From positions 128,001-192,000 of the forward strand of contig JAWOEX010000010.1 in the NCBI GenBank assembly GCA_046482545.1: 64,000 bases of DNA, written 5' to 3'. The notes under the pieces are model-generated. The model was not told the DNA's origin. It saw nothing but the letters and a program-made list of their open reading frames with translations, and ran no database searches. Shown in pieces: positions 29,056 through 39,440 of the stretch. Made by a program: the position numbers and the translations under genes. The first letter of the stretch is position 1. Each line of letters starts with the position of its first letter. This stretch comes from Candidatus Thorarchaeota archaeon. Its GTDB lineage: Archaea; Asgardarchaeota; Thorarchaeia; Thorarchaeales; Thorarchaeaceae.

Positions 29056-30710
29056 CAGCACATTCCCTCCCATGGCTTTCGCCGATATTCAACATCTGAT
29101 CGGTCAATATTGCCCACACACGAGTATATGCCATGAACCAGCTCTTCCTGACTGAGCTGCTGTCCTCTCAAGGAAGGGCGTTTTCCCTTCCATCGTTCAG
29201 CCAAGTAATCCATGATTTCGAGTTGATGGTCGATACCGGACCAGTCCAGTTCCTTGGTAAGAATGGCTGAAGCTTTGTATGTGCAGAAGGTGCCTTGACA
29301 CGGGCCTGTGCCCAGTCGCACGCGTCTTCGCAAATCATTCAAAGAGCGGGGAAACTCTTCCTGAATAGAGTATCTAAGTTCGGCTTCCATGACCGGCTCG
29401 CATGTGCAGACAGTTGTCTTCCACTCGGGATGTGCATCCGCAAGCTCTAACACTTGCTCCGTTTCTGTCCCTCGTCTGGCTCGCATCCGCTCCACCGTAT
29501 GTTGGGAGACACCATATTCCTTAGCCAATGCCAGTACGTCAACATCGTCCGCCATCCCTGGCAAAGCTCCTGAATGGGTAGTGCATTCTCTGTCCAGTCC
29601 TAGTTTTTCGCAAACTAGGTCTGTAACAGCTTCTGCCATGTGACGACACATTACGAGTTTACCACCGGTGAAACTGAAAATCCCAGCAGCTCCTTCATCT
29701 TCATGGTCGATAATCTCATACCCACGGGTCACATCGCCTTCCGGTTTTTTCCAGTCAGCTACCAAAGGACGGACACCTTCCATCGTCCGAATTATCCGTG
29801 CATCGCGAATGGACGGAACGACCCACTCCATGCTTTTGAGTAGGTATTCAATCTCATCATGAGTGGCGACAAGCTTGTCAGGATCCTCCCATGTGTCGAG
29901 AGCGGTCGTTCCCAACAATGCTGTGTTCTCGTGAGGAAATAGGTAAATCAAGCGTCCGTCCACAGCCTTTGCTATTATGCCTACGTTCACAATCCGTCTG
30001 TCAAGAATGACGTGTGCTCCTTTGTTTGGTCTGAGATCCACATTTGCTGAAGCCATGTCCGCAACTTCAGTAGCCCATGGGCCTGAGGCGTTTACAATGC
30101 ATTTTGCAGTAACAGATTGAGTTTCTCGGGACACTCTATCAAAGAAAGTAACTCGGTTTCCATCTTCAGCCAAGGTTTCAATGTCATGTACTTCGCAATA
30201 TGTCCGGACTGATGCACCGTTCCGTTTTGCATCTATAGCTTGTAGAAGACATAACCGGAAAGGATCAATAAAGTATTCTTCAAAATAAATTGATGCGATT
30301 ATATCCGAATTCAGTTTCGGTTCTATCTTGAGTGCATCTTCGGGAGTCAAGAAAAGAACAGGTGGAACGTCTCTCGTTTCAGCTCGCTTCGAATATTCTT
30401 CTGCAAAGTTCCCACCCGTGGAGACATCGCTCATTTTCATCAACGGAGTCAGGATTGGATTCTTCATGATAAGATGCCTTGCGATTCGTTTGAAGTGCAC
30501 AACTTCTTCAGAACACATATCCACAATCTCAGGCTCATCCATATACTTGAGACCTGAGGAAATCATCCCTGCACAAGTTCCAACGGTTGCAGAAGCGATA
30601 TCGTCCCGTTCCAGTAGGAGCGTCTCAAGCCCTCTCATGGCACAGTCGCGTGCCACAGCTGTTCCGGTACTGCCGCCACCAATGACAACAACGTCATAAT
30701 CGTAGGTCAT
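29055..30710 (-). CDS. glpA: Anaerobic glycerol-3-phosphate dehydrogenase subunit A
   Basis: GGGSTG..ARD.AMRG, IDPFRL, GVRPL, GGKL, C-terminal CTCE..RVRLGTGPCQGTFC. Confidence 0.92.
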   Translation of the reverse strand: MTYDYDVVVIGGGSTGTAVARDCAMRGLETLLLERDDIASATVGTCAGMISSGLKYMDEPEIVDMCSEEVVHFKRIARHLIMKNPILTPLMKMSDVSTGGNFAEEYSKRAETRDVPPVLFLTPEDALKIEPKLNSDIIASIYFEEYFIDPFRLCLLQAIDAKRNGASVRTYCEVHDIETLAEDGNRVTFFDRVSRETQSVTAKCIVNASGPWATEVADMASANVDLRPNKGAHVILDRRIVNVGIIAKAVDGRLIYLFPHENTALLGTTALDTWEDPDKLVATHDEIEYLLKSMEWVVPSIRDARIIRTMEGVRPLVADWKKPEGDVTRGYEIIDHEDEGAAGIFSFTGGKLVMCRHMAEAVTDLVCEKLGLDRECTTHSGALPGMADDVDVLALAKEYGVSQHTVERMRARRGTETEQVLELADAHPEWKTTVCTCEPVMEAELRYSIQEEFPRSLNDLRRRVRLGTGPCQGTFCTYKASAILTKELDWSGIDHQLEIMDYLAERWKGKRPSLRGQQLSQEELVHGIYSCVGNIDRSDVEYRRKPWEGMC

Positions 30711-30807
30711 TCTTGCTCATGTCTCCAGCTTCGGAGTCTTATTTGGATTAGCAAAGGTCCCTGTCCCTTAATAGATACAAGACTTTCGAAATGTCGAACA
30801 TTCTAAA

Positions 30808-32277
30808 CTATGAAATCAACTCGAGGATTTCGTCCATCTCTGCCATCATCAGCTTGTTGAACGTGGCAAAGCGCTGCATGTATACCTCCACGTGTTCAGA
30901 GATTGGTTCTCTGCGCTCATCAATGTGAAACATGTTGTCGACTGCTTCTTCATAGGAGCTGTAGAGCTTTGTTCCGACAGCACCAAGCATTGCAGCACCA
31001 ATGACTGTTGAATCACGAGACCTTGGAAGAACGGTTTCCTTGTTTGTGCAGTCTGCCTGTATTTGCCGCCACAAAGGTGAATTAGCTCCACCACCATCGA
31101 TTCTAAGCTCATCAAATTCTAGCTCAAGCATACCTTCCATCATTTGCACATACGATTGGATGCCGTAACCATTGGCCTCCATAATGGCACGAGCCACATG
31201 AGCCCGAGTATGATTGAAGCCGAAATTGTAGAAAATGCCCTTCTGGTACGCCATGAAAGGAAACACAACTAGTCCATCACTGCCAGCTGGGACAGACTCA
31301 GCGGTTTCGCAGATAAGCTCGTATACATCTTGATCTGTTTTATCGGCTAGACGGCGTTCCCTCTCACAGAACTGGTCGCGGTACCATCGAAAAGCGAGAC
31401 CGGTACCTGGAATAACTCCCTCAAGAATCCACTCGCCAGGTATCGCCGAAGGGTTACTGAACATTACGTACGAATCCTCGATGAAACTGTCAGTTGGTGT
31501 GGCAACGAAAGTCCCTGTGCCAGTTGTGGCTTTGACTAGACCCGATTTGATGGTGCCTGTCCCCAAAGCCGAACACTGCTGGTCTCCACTTCCCATTATG
31601 ACAGGGGTTCCTTTCTTAAGGGAAGTTCGCTTTTCAACAGAAGCTGAAATCTCTCCTATGAAGGTGCCAGGTACAACAATCTCCACAAGCTTCGATTGAG
31701 GTATCCCGGTTTCCTCGCAAAGCTCATCAGACCATTCAAGTGTGTCGTGGTCAATGGGGCCGTATCGTGCGTTAGCAGGTTCACTTACCATTCTTCCGCA
31801 CAGCTTGCTGTTGATGTATGCATCGAGATGCGCGAACTTAGTAGCCTTTTCGAAAATCTCAGGCTCATTTTGTTTGAACCAGAGGATCTTGTTAACGCTC
31901 TTGCGTGGTCCAATCTGGTCAGACATCTCTTTGGCTTTCTTTGAGGATCTATTGTCTACCCATGTGACAGTTGGAGCAAGTGGTTCATGCTCCTTGTCAA
32001 GAGGCGTTATGCAATCTCTCGTTGTGGTTGCTATGGCAGCTACAACCGATTCAGCTCCGTATTCGTAGGCAGCTATCGCACGTTGCATGGTGTTTCCCGC
32101 TGCCCTCCAGAAGGCCTCCGGAACCTGTTCATGCGTTTTCAACCTACGTGGCTTTGCAGGATATTCCTCGTAAGCCTTACTCAGTTCTCGCCCATCTTCA
32201 TCCACAAGGACGGAACGAGCACCCGTAGTGCCGATATCAAAAACAGCAAAGACTCGATTGGTCATGTAATCACCCAT
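30808..32277 (-). CDS. FGGY-family carbohydrate kinase
   Basis: DIGTTGAR, WVDNR, GDQQ, TGTG, DGGGA.S..W.QI.AD motifs. Confidence 0.92.
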   Translation of the reverse strand: MGDYMTNRVFAVFDIGTTGARSVLVDEDGRELSKAYEEYPAKPRRLKTHEQVPEAFWRAAGNTMQRAIAAYEYGAESVVAAIATTTRDCITPLDKEHEPLAPTVTWVDNRSSKKAKEMSDQIGPRKSVNKILWFKQNEPEIFEKATKFAHLDAYINSKLCGRMVSEPANARYGPIDHDTLEWSDELCEETGIPQSKLVEIVVPGTFIGEISASVEKRTSLKKGTPVIMGSGDQQCSALGTGTIKSGLVKATTGTGTFVATPTDSFIEDSYVMFSNPSAIPGEWILEGVIPGTGLAFRWYRDQFCERERRLADKTDQDVYELICETAESVPAGSDGLVVFPFMAYQKGIFYNFGFNHTRAHVARAIMEANGYGIQSYVQMMEGMLELEFDELRIDGGGANSPLWRQIQADCTNKETVLPRSRDSTVIGAAMLGAVGTKLYSSYEEAVDNMFHIDERREPISEHVEVYMQRFATFNKLMMAEMDEILELIS

Positions 32278-32343
32278 GTTGGAGAATACTACTACTTGAT
32301 ACAGAGGTACAATAAGACTCCTTCGCCAGTAGTATTATGAGGG

Positions 32344-33315
32344 ATGGACATGCCAGAAAGCAAAATGAATGATAAAGCGGTCATGACCAAAATCTCAGAC
32401 CATTTCTATTTGATTAGAGGAAAGAATCGGTCCCGTTTTCCGGAGGGAAACTGTGTACTTGTTGATGATGAGACTCTGACTCTAATCGATGCCGGAGCGT
32501 CTATCGACAACATCAAGCGGAGTCTTATGGAGCTGGGTTATGATATTGAAGATATTGATAGGATAGTCTTGAGCCATTTTCACATCGATCACAAAGGATA
32601 TGCTAATGAAATCAATGAGGTAGCGTCTTGTGAAGTAATGTGTCATCCACTAGCAGATAAGGGAGTTATGACCTTCGAGGGCATGGTTGACTACTACGGC
32701 ATAGACGAGCATCGCTACTACGATGATTGGGCGGGCTTTTTGAAACAGAGATTGCCTCACGTAATTCGAGAATACGAAATAACCAGCCATTTTGAAGATA
32801 ATATTCCCATCAACTGCGGTGAAACGCAAATCATACCGCTTTACACACCTGGTCATACTATCGACCACACGTGCTTCGGACTCAATGGCTATGACGATTT
32901 GTTACTCGTTGATATTGACCTGACTGGGTTTGGGCCGTGGTATGGAAACAAAGTAAGCGATATAGATGACTTTAGAGCATCCATAAGACGCATAATAAAA
33001 CTCAATCCCAAGATGGTGGTAAGCGGTCATCTGCAGGATCCAATCGTTGAGGACATAGACGCAAAACTGAAGGCATACCTGAACAAAATCGACAAGCGCG
33101 ATGACAAGATATTGAGACTAGTGTCTGAAGGCTATAACACCGTCAAGGCACTAGCAAATCTCCCCACAATTTACCCGCGAATACCGAGAGACCTCTTTCT
33201 AGTTTTTGAGGAGTTCATGCTCAAGAAGCATGTTGACTCCCTAAAGCGGAAGGGTCTACTGAGTGTATCTGAAGAAGGGATTCTTGGAATTGAATCCCAG
33301 AATGACAGCAAGTAA
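32344..33315 (+). CDS. MBL-fold metallo-hydrolase
   Basis: SHFHIDH, PGHT.DH, SGH motifs. Confidence 0.9.
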   Translation: MDMPESKMNDKAVMTKISDHFYLIRGKNRSRFPEGNCVLVDDETLTLIDAGASIDNIKRSLMELGYDIEDIDRIVLSHFHIDHKGYANEINEVASCEVMCHPLADKGVMTFEGMVDYYGIDEHRYYDDWAGFLKQRLPHVIREYEITSHFEDNIPINCGETQIIPLYTPGHTIDHTCFGLNGYDDLLLVDIDLTGFGPWYGNKVSDIDDFRASIRRIIKLNPKMVVSGHLQDPIVEDIDAKLKAYLNKIDKRDDKILRLVSEGYNTVKALANLPTIYPRIPRDLFLVFEEFMLKKHVDSLKRKGLLSVSEEGILGIESQNDSK

Positions 33316-33326
33316 GAGACTAAGTA

Positions 33327-34112
33327 CTACTCATGCTGAAACTCTGGCTTGCGCTTTGAGAGAAAAGCGTCTACCCCTTCTTCCTGATCTTTGGTATCGA
33401 AAGTTTTGCAGAATGCATCCTTTTCGAATTCAAGATTCTCGTCAAGCGGATCGGTCCAGGCTCTGTTGAGTGAACGTTTTGCCAAATCGATTGCCACACC
33501 AGGTTTCTTTGCCAGCTTCTGAGCAAGAGCCTTGGCTGCTTCCTTAACCTGAGTGACCGAATCGAAGAGCATGTTCACAAGTCCGTGAGAACATGCATGG
33601 CTAGCATCAACATGATCGCCCGTGAAAATCATCTCTTTGGCAAGTCCCAGCCCCATAAGCCGAGGCAACCGAACAGTTCCACCAAAACCGGGAATAATCC
33701 CAAGGTTGATTTCTGGCTGGCCAAACTTCGCATTTTCAGATGCATAGCGGATATCGCATGCCATTGCGATTTCACAGCCGCCTCCAAGGGCAAACCCGTT
33801 AACCGCTGCGATTACCGGCTTGCTCATCGATTCGATGTACGTGCAGAGCTCTTGGCCATTTTTAGCTAGCTCTCGAACAGTCTCAGAATTTCTTCCTTGG
33901 AATTCACTGATATCGGCCCCAGCCGCAAAGGCCTTTTCACCTGCACCCGTCAGTACAACTGCCCTGATATCGTCATCGTTTTCTGTCTGCTCGAATAACT
34001 CGCGCATTCTAGAAACAACAGCTGAATTGAGTGCATTCAGCTTCTTGGGGCGATTGATTGTGATTGTCGCCACACCTTCATCAACCTCGTATAGAACATC
34101 CTCATCAGACAT
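33327..34112 (-). CDS. Enoyl-CoA hydratase (crotonase)
   Basis: AFAAGADI, GGGCE, PEINLGIIPGFGG motifs. Confidence 0.95.
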   Translation of the reverse strand: MSDEDVLYEVDEGVATITINRPKKLNALNSAVVSRMRELFEQTENDDDIRAVVLTGAGEKAFAAGADISEFQGRNSETVRELAKNGQELCTYIESMSKPVIAAVNGFALGGGCEIAMACDIRYASENAKFGQPEINLGIIPGFGGTVRLPRLMGLGLAKEMIFTGDHVDASHACSHGLVNMLFDSVTQVKEAAKALAQKLAKKPGVAIDLAKRSLNRAWTDPLDENLEFEKDAFCKTFDTKDQEEGVDAFLSKRKPEFQHE

Positions 34113-34284
34113 TACAATCCCTTTCCAAATGAAATCAGCATCTGACTAATAGGAACAATCATCCGGGTAATAAGCATCCGGGTCACCTTCCAGAAGGAAG
34201 GAACAGATTCCCAAGAAGGAAAAGCGGTTTGTTTATTCCAATAGCCTTTTGTACGCGATTAACTATAATTATTATTGATTGGAA

Positions 34285-35493
34285 ATGAAAAGAGCTTGGC
34301 GCATAGCATCCGAGGATGAAATCGAGGAAGGTAAAACCACGGATGTCTACTTCAATCGGACTGTTGAGATATTAGAAGGAGAGAATGTTAACCCAACAGT
34401 GCATGCAGAGTTCACTGTTTCAAGTATGCCAAATGACCATGAGTGGGGCGTGACAGCAGGAATAGATGATGCGCTCAAGCTGTTAGAAGGAAAAGGAGTG
34501 GATGTCTATGGCCTTCCTGAGGGAACGGTCTTCTGGGCAAGGGGGAAGAACGGTGTCCGAACACCAGTTCTTGCTGTAGAAGGGGCATATCGAGATTTCA
34601 CCATAATGGAGACTCCGATACTTGGGTTTCTATGTCATACTGCTGGCATGGTTACCAAGACAGCACACGTACGACTAGCTGCGGGTGACAAGCTCTTGCT
34701 ATCCTTCGGTGCCAGGAGAACCCACCCTGCCATCACTCCCCAAGTAGCGTACGCAGGATACATAGGAGGTTGCGATGGAGTATCATGCGTCTTGGGCGGT
34801 GAAATGCTAGGCATTGAACCATCAGGAACCATGCCTCATGCCCTGATTATCTCATTTCAGAATCATAGAAAAGCTTGGGAGAGTTATGATAAGCATGTTG
34901 ACAAAGATGCTGCAAGAGTTGCCCTCGTTGACACCTATTTGGATGAAGTAAAGGAATCCATAATGGCCGCTGAGACCATTCAAGACCTAGATGGTGTACG
35001 ATTGGACACACCAAGCAGTCGCAGAGGTAGTATGGAACGTATCCTGCAAGAAGTGAGATGGGAACTGAATGCACGCGGATTCGACAAAGTGAAAATTTTC
35101 GTAAGTGGGGGCCTTGATGCTGATTCTGTTCGTGCATTGAGAGAAATTGGAGCAGATGGTTTTGGTGTGGGAGGAGCAATAAGCAATGCTCCAGCAGTCG
35201 ACTTCGCAATGGATATAGTTTCCATGGTTTCAGACGGAGAATGGATTCCTGTAGCCAAGCGCGGCAAGTTCTCCGGGAGAAAACGGGCTTGGCGCTGCAG
35301 AAACTGCCTGCAAACACAATCAACTCTCATCGATTCAGAACCGGGTAATTGTCCAGTATGCGGGGGGAAAATGGGGGAACTAACAGTGAAATTAATGGAG
35401 AATGGCGAAATTCTCCATGAACCTAAATCGCCGAATGTAATCAGAGACTCAGTATTAGAACAAATTAGGAGGTTGGATCAAGTTGATAGATAA
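34285..35493 (+). CDS. pncB: Nicotinate phosphoribosyltransferase
   Basis: TTDVYF, SFGARR.HP, GTMPH, VRLDTPSSRRG, SGG motifs; C-terminal Zn ribbon. Confidence 0.93.
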   Translation: MKRAWRIASEDEIEEGKTTDVYFNRTVEILEGENVNPTVHAEFTVSSMPNDHEWGVTAGIDDALKLLEGKGVDVYGLPEGTVFWARGKNGVRTPVLAVEGAYRDFTIMETPILGFLCHTAGMVTKTAHVRLAAGDKLLLSFGARRTHPAITPQVAYAGYIGGCDGVSCVLGGEMLGIEPSGTMPHALIISFQNHRKAWESYDKHVDKDAARVALVDTYLDEVKESIMAAETIQDLDGVRLDTPSSRRGSMERILQEVRWELNARGFDKVKIFVSGGLDADSVRALREIGADGFGVGGAISNAPAVDFAMDIVSMVSDGEWIPVAKRGKFSGRKRAWRCRNCLQTQSTLIDSEPGNCPVCGGKMGELTVKLMENGEILHEPKSPNVIRDSVLEQIRRLDQVDR

Positions 35494-36049
35494 GATAGAT
35501 GCAGAAAAAACCGCGGTAATCATTGTAGATATGCTCAACGACTTCGTGAGAGAGGACGGAGCTTTACCGGTACCAGGAGCCGAAAATCTGATTCCAAACC
35601 AACAAAGAATACTCGAGAAGGCTAGGGATGAGGGTCTCTTCGTTGTATACGTTGCAGATCACCACATGCCGGATGACGAAGAATTTGAGGTGTGGGGTGC
35701 GCATGCGGTTGAAGGCACAGAAGGCGCGCAGGTCATAGAAGAGATAGCCCCAGAGGGAAATGAAAAGGTGATTCCCAAACGAAGGTATTCAGGATTTTTT
35801 GGTACCGACTTGGACCTGACTCTTCGGGAACACGATATTGAGAAAGTCATCATCTTCGGTGTGCTGACAGATATTTGCGTCAACTATACATCTGCCGGAG
35901 CAACAGCTCGCGGATATGACGCAGTTGTTGTCAGCGACGCGGTGGCCAGTAACGATGAAGAAGATCACAAGTTTGCATTGAAGCACATGCAGAAAGTTCA
36001 TGATACTACGGTTGCTACAAGCAATGAAGTTCTAGCTGCTATGACCTAA
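35483..36049 (+). CDS. pncA: Isochorismatase-family cysteine hydrolase, probable nicotinamidase
   Basis: VDMLNDF, KRRYSGF, TDICV motifs; overlaps pncB. Confidence 0.8.
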   Translation: MIDKIDAEKTAVIIVDMLNDFVREDGALPVPGAENLIPNQQRILEKARDEGLFVVYVADHHMPDDEEFEVWGAHAVEGTEGAQVIEEIAPEGNEKVIPKRRYSGFFGTDLDLTLREHDIEKVIIFGVLTDICVNYTSAGATARGYDAVVVSDAVASNDEEDHKFALKHMQKVHDTTVATSNEVLAAMT

Positions 36050-36158
36050 CCGAATGGCGCGGTTTGGGTAGAATTGGATACTCATCTTTGAGTATTGAAA
36101 AAGTTTTATGTATTGCAAGATTCTCAAATCATAGAGTATTCCGCAGGGCTGAACAGAA

Positions 36159-36488
36159 ATGAACATCGAGGCGTGGAAGAAATCATTGGAGTCAATGAAG
36201 TCTTCCGTAGTTCTCAACTTCCGTACACGTTCACTAGTTCTCCAAGAGTCAGCGGTAGACAAAGCCCGAAAGGAAGGGAAGGATGTCCAGTTCATCGGCT
36301 GGCATGAAAACGAGGGGCGCCGGCGCATTCAGGATATCAAAGAAATCATCGATGAGGCTCTGGCGAAGATTGATGGAACGGATTACAAATCAGCTGCGAG
36401 AGTTTACCACGATACTCTGCAAGACATTGCTCGTTTAACAAGATGGACTAAGCTGTTAGAAGAAACAGTAAAGCATTCAGGGAGTTAA
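36159..36488 (+). CDS. Hypothetical helical protein
   Basis: 109-aa ORF filling the gap; downstream hairpin at 36501-36518. Confidence 0.7.
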   Translation: MNIEAWKKSLESMKSSVVLNFRTRSLVLQESAVDKARKEGKDVQFIGWHENEGRRRIQDIKEIIDEALAKIDGTDYKSAARVYHDTLQDIARLTRWTKLLEETVKHSGS

Positions 36489-36531
36489 ATAGGAGGGTTG
36501 GAGGGCATAGTGGCCCTCGCTTTGTTTTAAT

Positions 36532-36948
36532 TTACACTAGCCACTTGTACGTGACAAGTCGTTCGTCCACTTGGTCAAACGCCAGTTTTAGCGGCATCCC
36601 CACTTCAGGTACGCTCATCAGGTTCGTGATATGCGCTGTGAGGCGAAGACCAGAAGGGAATTCTCCAATACCAACTACGTACGGCGCCTTTGAAGCCAGA
36701 GATTCTGGCGCAAAGTCCACAATCGTGTACGTATAGAGCTCCGCCTCACGTTCCTCGAATTCCTCAAGTTCACATTTGCTCATGTCGTCTTGACAGTATT
36801 CCCTAGGAGGGAGGTACTCCCTTCCGCATTCTGTGCAGACACTCTTCATAAGGGTCTCTTCCGCAAGCGCGTCCAAGAACTTCCTGTAGAAAGGTGTCAC
36901 CGCTTCGTCAGTTGTGTAACCAAGATATACTTCGTCTGTTGCCGCCAT
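36532..36948 (-). CDS. DUF35 Zn-ribbon/OB-fold thiolase partner
   Basis: CTECG..YLPPR..C, YT.V, PYVVG motifs; adjacent to thiolase. Confidence 0.9.
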   Translation of the reverse strand: MAATDEVYLGYTTDEAVTPFYRKFLDALAEETLMKSVCTECGREYLPPREYCQDDMSKCELEEFEEREAELYTYTIVDFAPESLASKAPYVVGIGEFPSGLRLTAHITNLMSVPEVGMPLKLAFDQVDERLVTYKWLV

Positions 36949-36949
36949 T

Positions 36950-38113
36950 TTAGCTACGCTCCAGAATAAAGACGTTCACAAATTGTCCGCTCTGTCCAAC
37001 ATTATGCGCTAGGCCATATTGGACATCATCAATCTGCCGTGATGGTTCTTTCGCATTACCGCGCATCTGATTGAGTATCTCATAAATCATTGAAACTCCG
37101 GTGGCTCCAAGTGGATGTCCCTTACTCTTCAATCCCCCATCACAGTTGACAGGAATAGATCCATCGTGGTAGACCTCTCTATTCTCGATGAGTTCACGAC
37201 CCTCGCCCGGTTCAGCAAAGCCTAGGTCCTCATAAGCGATGAGTTCTGCTATGGTAAAGCAATCATGTACCTGAGCCATATCGATATCCTCGGGGCCTAC
37301 ACCTGCCATGTCGTAAGCAGCTTTCGCAGCACTTTTCGCTCCAGGTATTGACGTGAGACTGTCACGGTCCTGAATCATCATACTGGATGCTCCTGCGCCA
37401 ATGCCCTTAATCCAAGCTGGTTCATCACTCAGTTCCTTCGCAGTTTCTTCCTCAGCTATCACAACAGCCGCAGCACCGTCAGAAATTAGAGAACAATCGT
37501 AGAGGTTCAAGGGGCGCGCTATCGGGACAGAATTGTGCGCTTCTTCCAATGAAACCTCTCTAGGCAGATGTGCGTAGGGATTTTGAGCACCGTAATGATG
37601 GCTCTTGACAGAAATCTTCGAAAGTACCTCGTGGGGCAGGTCATATTCGGCCATGTATCTCGAGGCCATAAGTGCATAGAACGCAGGGAAGCTGATACCG
37701 TATGGATACTCCCACCGCATGTCGCCAGCCTGAGACATATACTCGGTAGCTGTGGCAGAAGAAACCCTGTTCATCTGCTCTACTCCAAGTACCAGCATAG
37801 TATCATATAGTCCAGCTGAAACCATTCCCCATGCAGCTCTCAGAGATGCTGTCCCGGTAGTACAAGCAGACTCTACCCTGAGGTGGGGTTTGTCATGTAG
37901 CCCCAAGTAATCAGCAATCAGAGCAGAACCCGCTCCTTGTCCTGTGAACTGAGAAGCGGCATATGACAGGACGGTTGCATCAATCATGTCCTGAGTGATA
38001 CCCTCGTCATAAATGGGCTTATACGCCTCAGCACTGAGCTCTCTCATTGTCGCATCCAGCCGTTTGCCAAATTTCGCATGGCCGGCCGCGACTACACCAA
38101 CTTTTCTAGCCAT
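36950..38113 (-). CDS. Thiolase (SCP2-type/archaeal acetyl-CoA acetyltransferase)
   Basis: ESACTTG, HDCF, GHPLGATG motifs. Confidence 0.95.
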   Translation of the reverse strand: MARKVGVVAAGHAKFGKRLDATMRELSAEAYKPIYDEGITQDMIDATVLSYAASQFTGQGAGSALIADYLGLHDKPHLRVESACTTGTASLRAAWGMVSAGLYDTMLVLGVEQMNRVSSATATEYMSQAGDMRWEYPYGISFPAFYALMASRYMAEYDLPHEVLSKISVKSHHYGAQNPYAHLPREVSLEEAHNSVPIARPLNLYDCSLISDGAAAVVIAEEETAKELSDEPAWIKGIGAGASSMMIQDRDSLTSIPGAKSAAKAAYDMAGVGPEDIDMAQVHDCFTIAELIAYEDLGFAEPGEGRELIENREVYHDGSIPVNCDGGLKSKGHPLGATGVSMIYEILNQMRGNAKEPSRQIDDVQYGLAHNVGQSGQFVNVFILERS

Positions 38114-38484
38114 CCTTGTAAACCTCTTTTTTCATTTATCTGGGTTGCGGAACATTATCGAGGGTAGTCTTAAGCTTGACGATTGGTTGAAAATGGGATT
38201 ATGCCAAAAAAGCACAGTAAACACTATCGTTCAATATCTCCATCCAGAGCTGCTTTGTGAGGTTAGTGTGCTTCTGTTTCACGTCTGTATTATTCTCACC
38301 GCGAGACGTGAGAATCATCCTGTATTCCTAGCATTCCCATACAGATGATTTCCATTTGCATATTTATGGGAACAAATCGGCAAATACAATATACTCGGAA
38401 TGGGCCTGCACCCTAAAGGATAATCCATCGGTTCCTGCAAAGGGTACAGACCTAACAGGCTAGACCCGATACGTTTACTCGTAT

Positions 38485-39297
38485 CTACTTGCCCTTGAAC
38501 TTGCCGCGTCTTTTCTCGAATACTGCTTGGATACCTTCTCCAAGATCCTCCGTCTGGAAGCATTCGTACGCAGCTTCAACCTGGAATTCCAGATTGTCTT
38601 CGTAGTCTTCTTCGAAGGCCATGTGCACAGCCTGCTTTGCGAGCTTGAGGGCAATTGGTGCATTTCCACCGAGTTTAGCTCCATACCACATCGCCTGACT
38701 CATGAGCTCTTCCTCTGATGTTGCCTTGCTGATGAGTCCGATTTCCAAGGCCTCTTCAGCACTCAGTTGTCCACCAGTTAGAATGAGTTCCATAGCCTTG
38801 CCCAAACCAACTATCCGAGGTAACCGGACACAACCCCCCCAAGCAGGAATAAGGCCGAGGCTTACTTCTGGAGTGCCAATCTTGGCAGTCTCGTCAGCAA
38901 TTCTGATATCACAGGCGAGAGCTATTTCCGTGCCACCTCCAAGACAGAGACCATGGATTGCCGCAATAACTGGCTTTTCTAGCGTGGCAATTTTATCAAG
39001 TGCCTGTTGCCCCTGAGAGACCAATTCCTTTACCTCTTCGGGAGTCTCAAGGAGACCTTGGGCCATTTTCAAGTCTGCCCCGGTGCAAAATACCTTCTCA
39101 TGTGCGGTTGCAAGTACCACCGAACGAACTTCTTCATCCTTCTCTGCTTCATCAAGTGCATCACTCAGATCTTGGATGAACTGGTCATTGATTGCGTTCA
39201 TAGCATCAATTCGATTGAACTTGATTACTGCAGTATTCTTTACAGGTGAAAGAAAACTGCCTTCTTTGCTATATAACATCGTTTCAAATTCTGGCAT
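38485..39297 (-). CDS. Enoyl-CoA hydratase/isomerase
   Basis: FCTGADL, GGGTE, PEVSLGLIP motifs. Confidence 0.93.
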   Translation of the reverse strand: MPEFETMLYSKEGSFLSPVKNTAVIKFNRIDAMNAINDQFIQDLSDALDEAEKDEEVRSVVLATAHEKVFCTGADLKMAQGLLETPEEVKELVSQGQQALDKIATLEKPVIAAIHGLCLGGGTEIALACDIRIADETAKIGTPEVSLGLIPAWGGCVRLPRIVGLGKAMELILTGGQLSAEEALEIGLISKATSEEELMSQAMWYGAKLGGNAPIALKLAKQAVHMAFEEDYEDNLEFQVEAAYECFQTEDLGEGIQAVFEKRRGKFKGK

Positions 39298-39400
39298 TCT
39301 TAACCCCTACGAATCGTTTTATCTTCCATAGAACGAATACTGACTTATAAAGTCGTTTCTGGTTGTTTTAGAATAAAATCACTGCAAAAGAAAGAGAAGA

Positions 39401-39426
39401 AGGACGACTGAACTATGAGTCGTCCT
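39401..39426 (-). terminator. Stem-loop terminator
   Basis: AGGACGACT/AGTCGTCCT stem followed on the minus strand by a pyrimidine/U tract. Confidence 0.6.
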
Positions 39427-39440
39427 CATCCCATACTGAA

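Noticed and set aside
38114-38484. Long intergenic gaps at 38114-38484 and 42261-42680
   Set aside because: No convincing ORF, repeat or structure found
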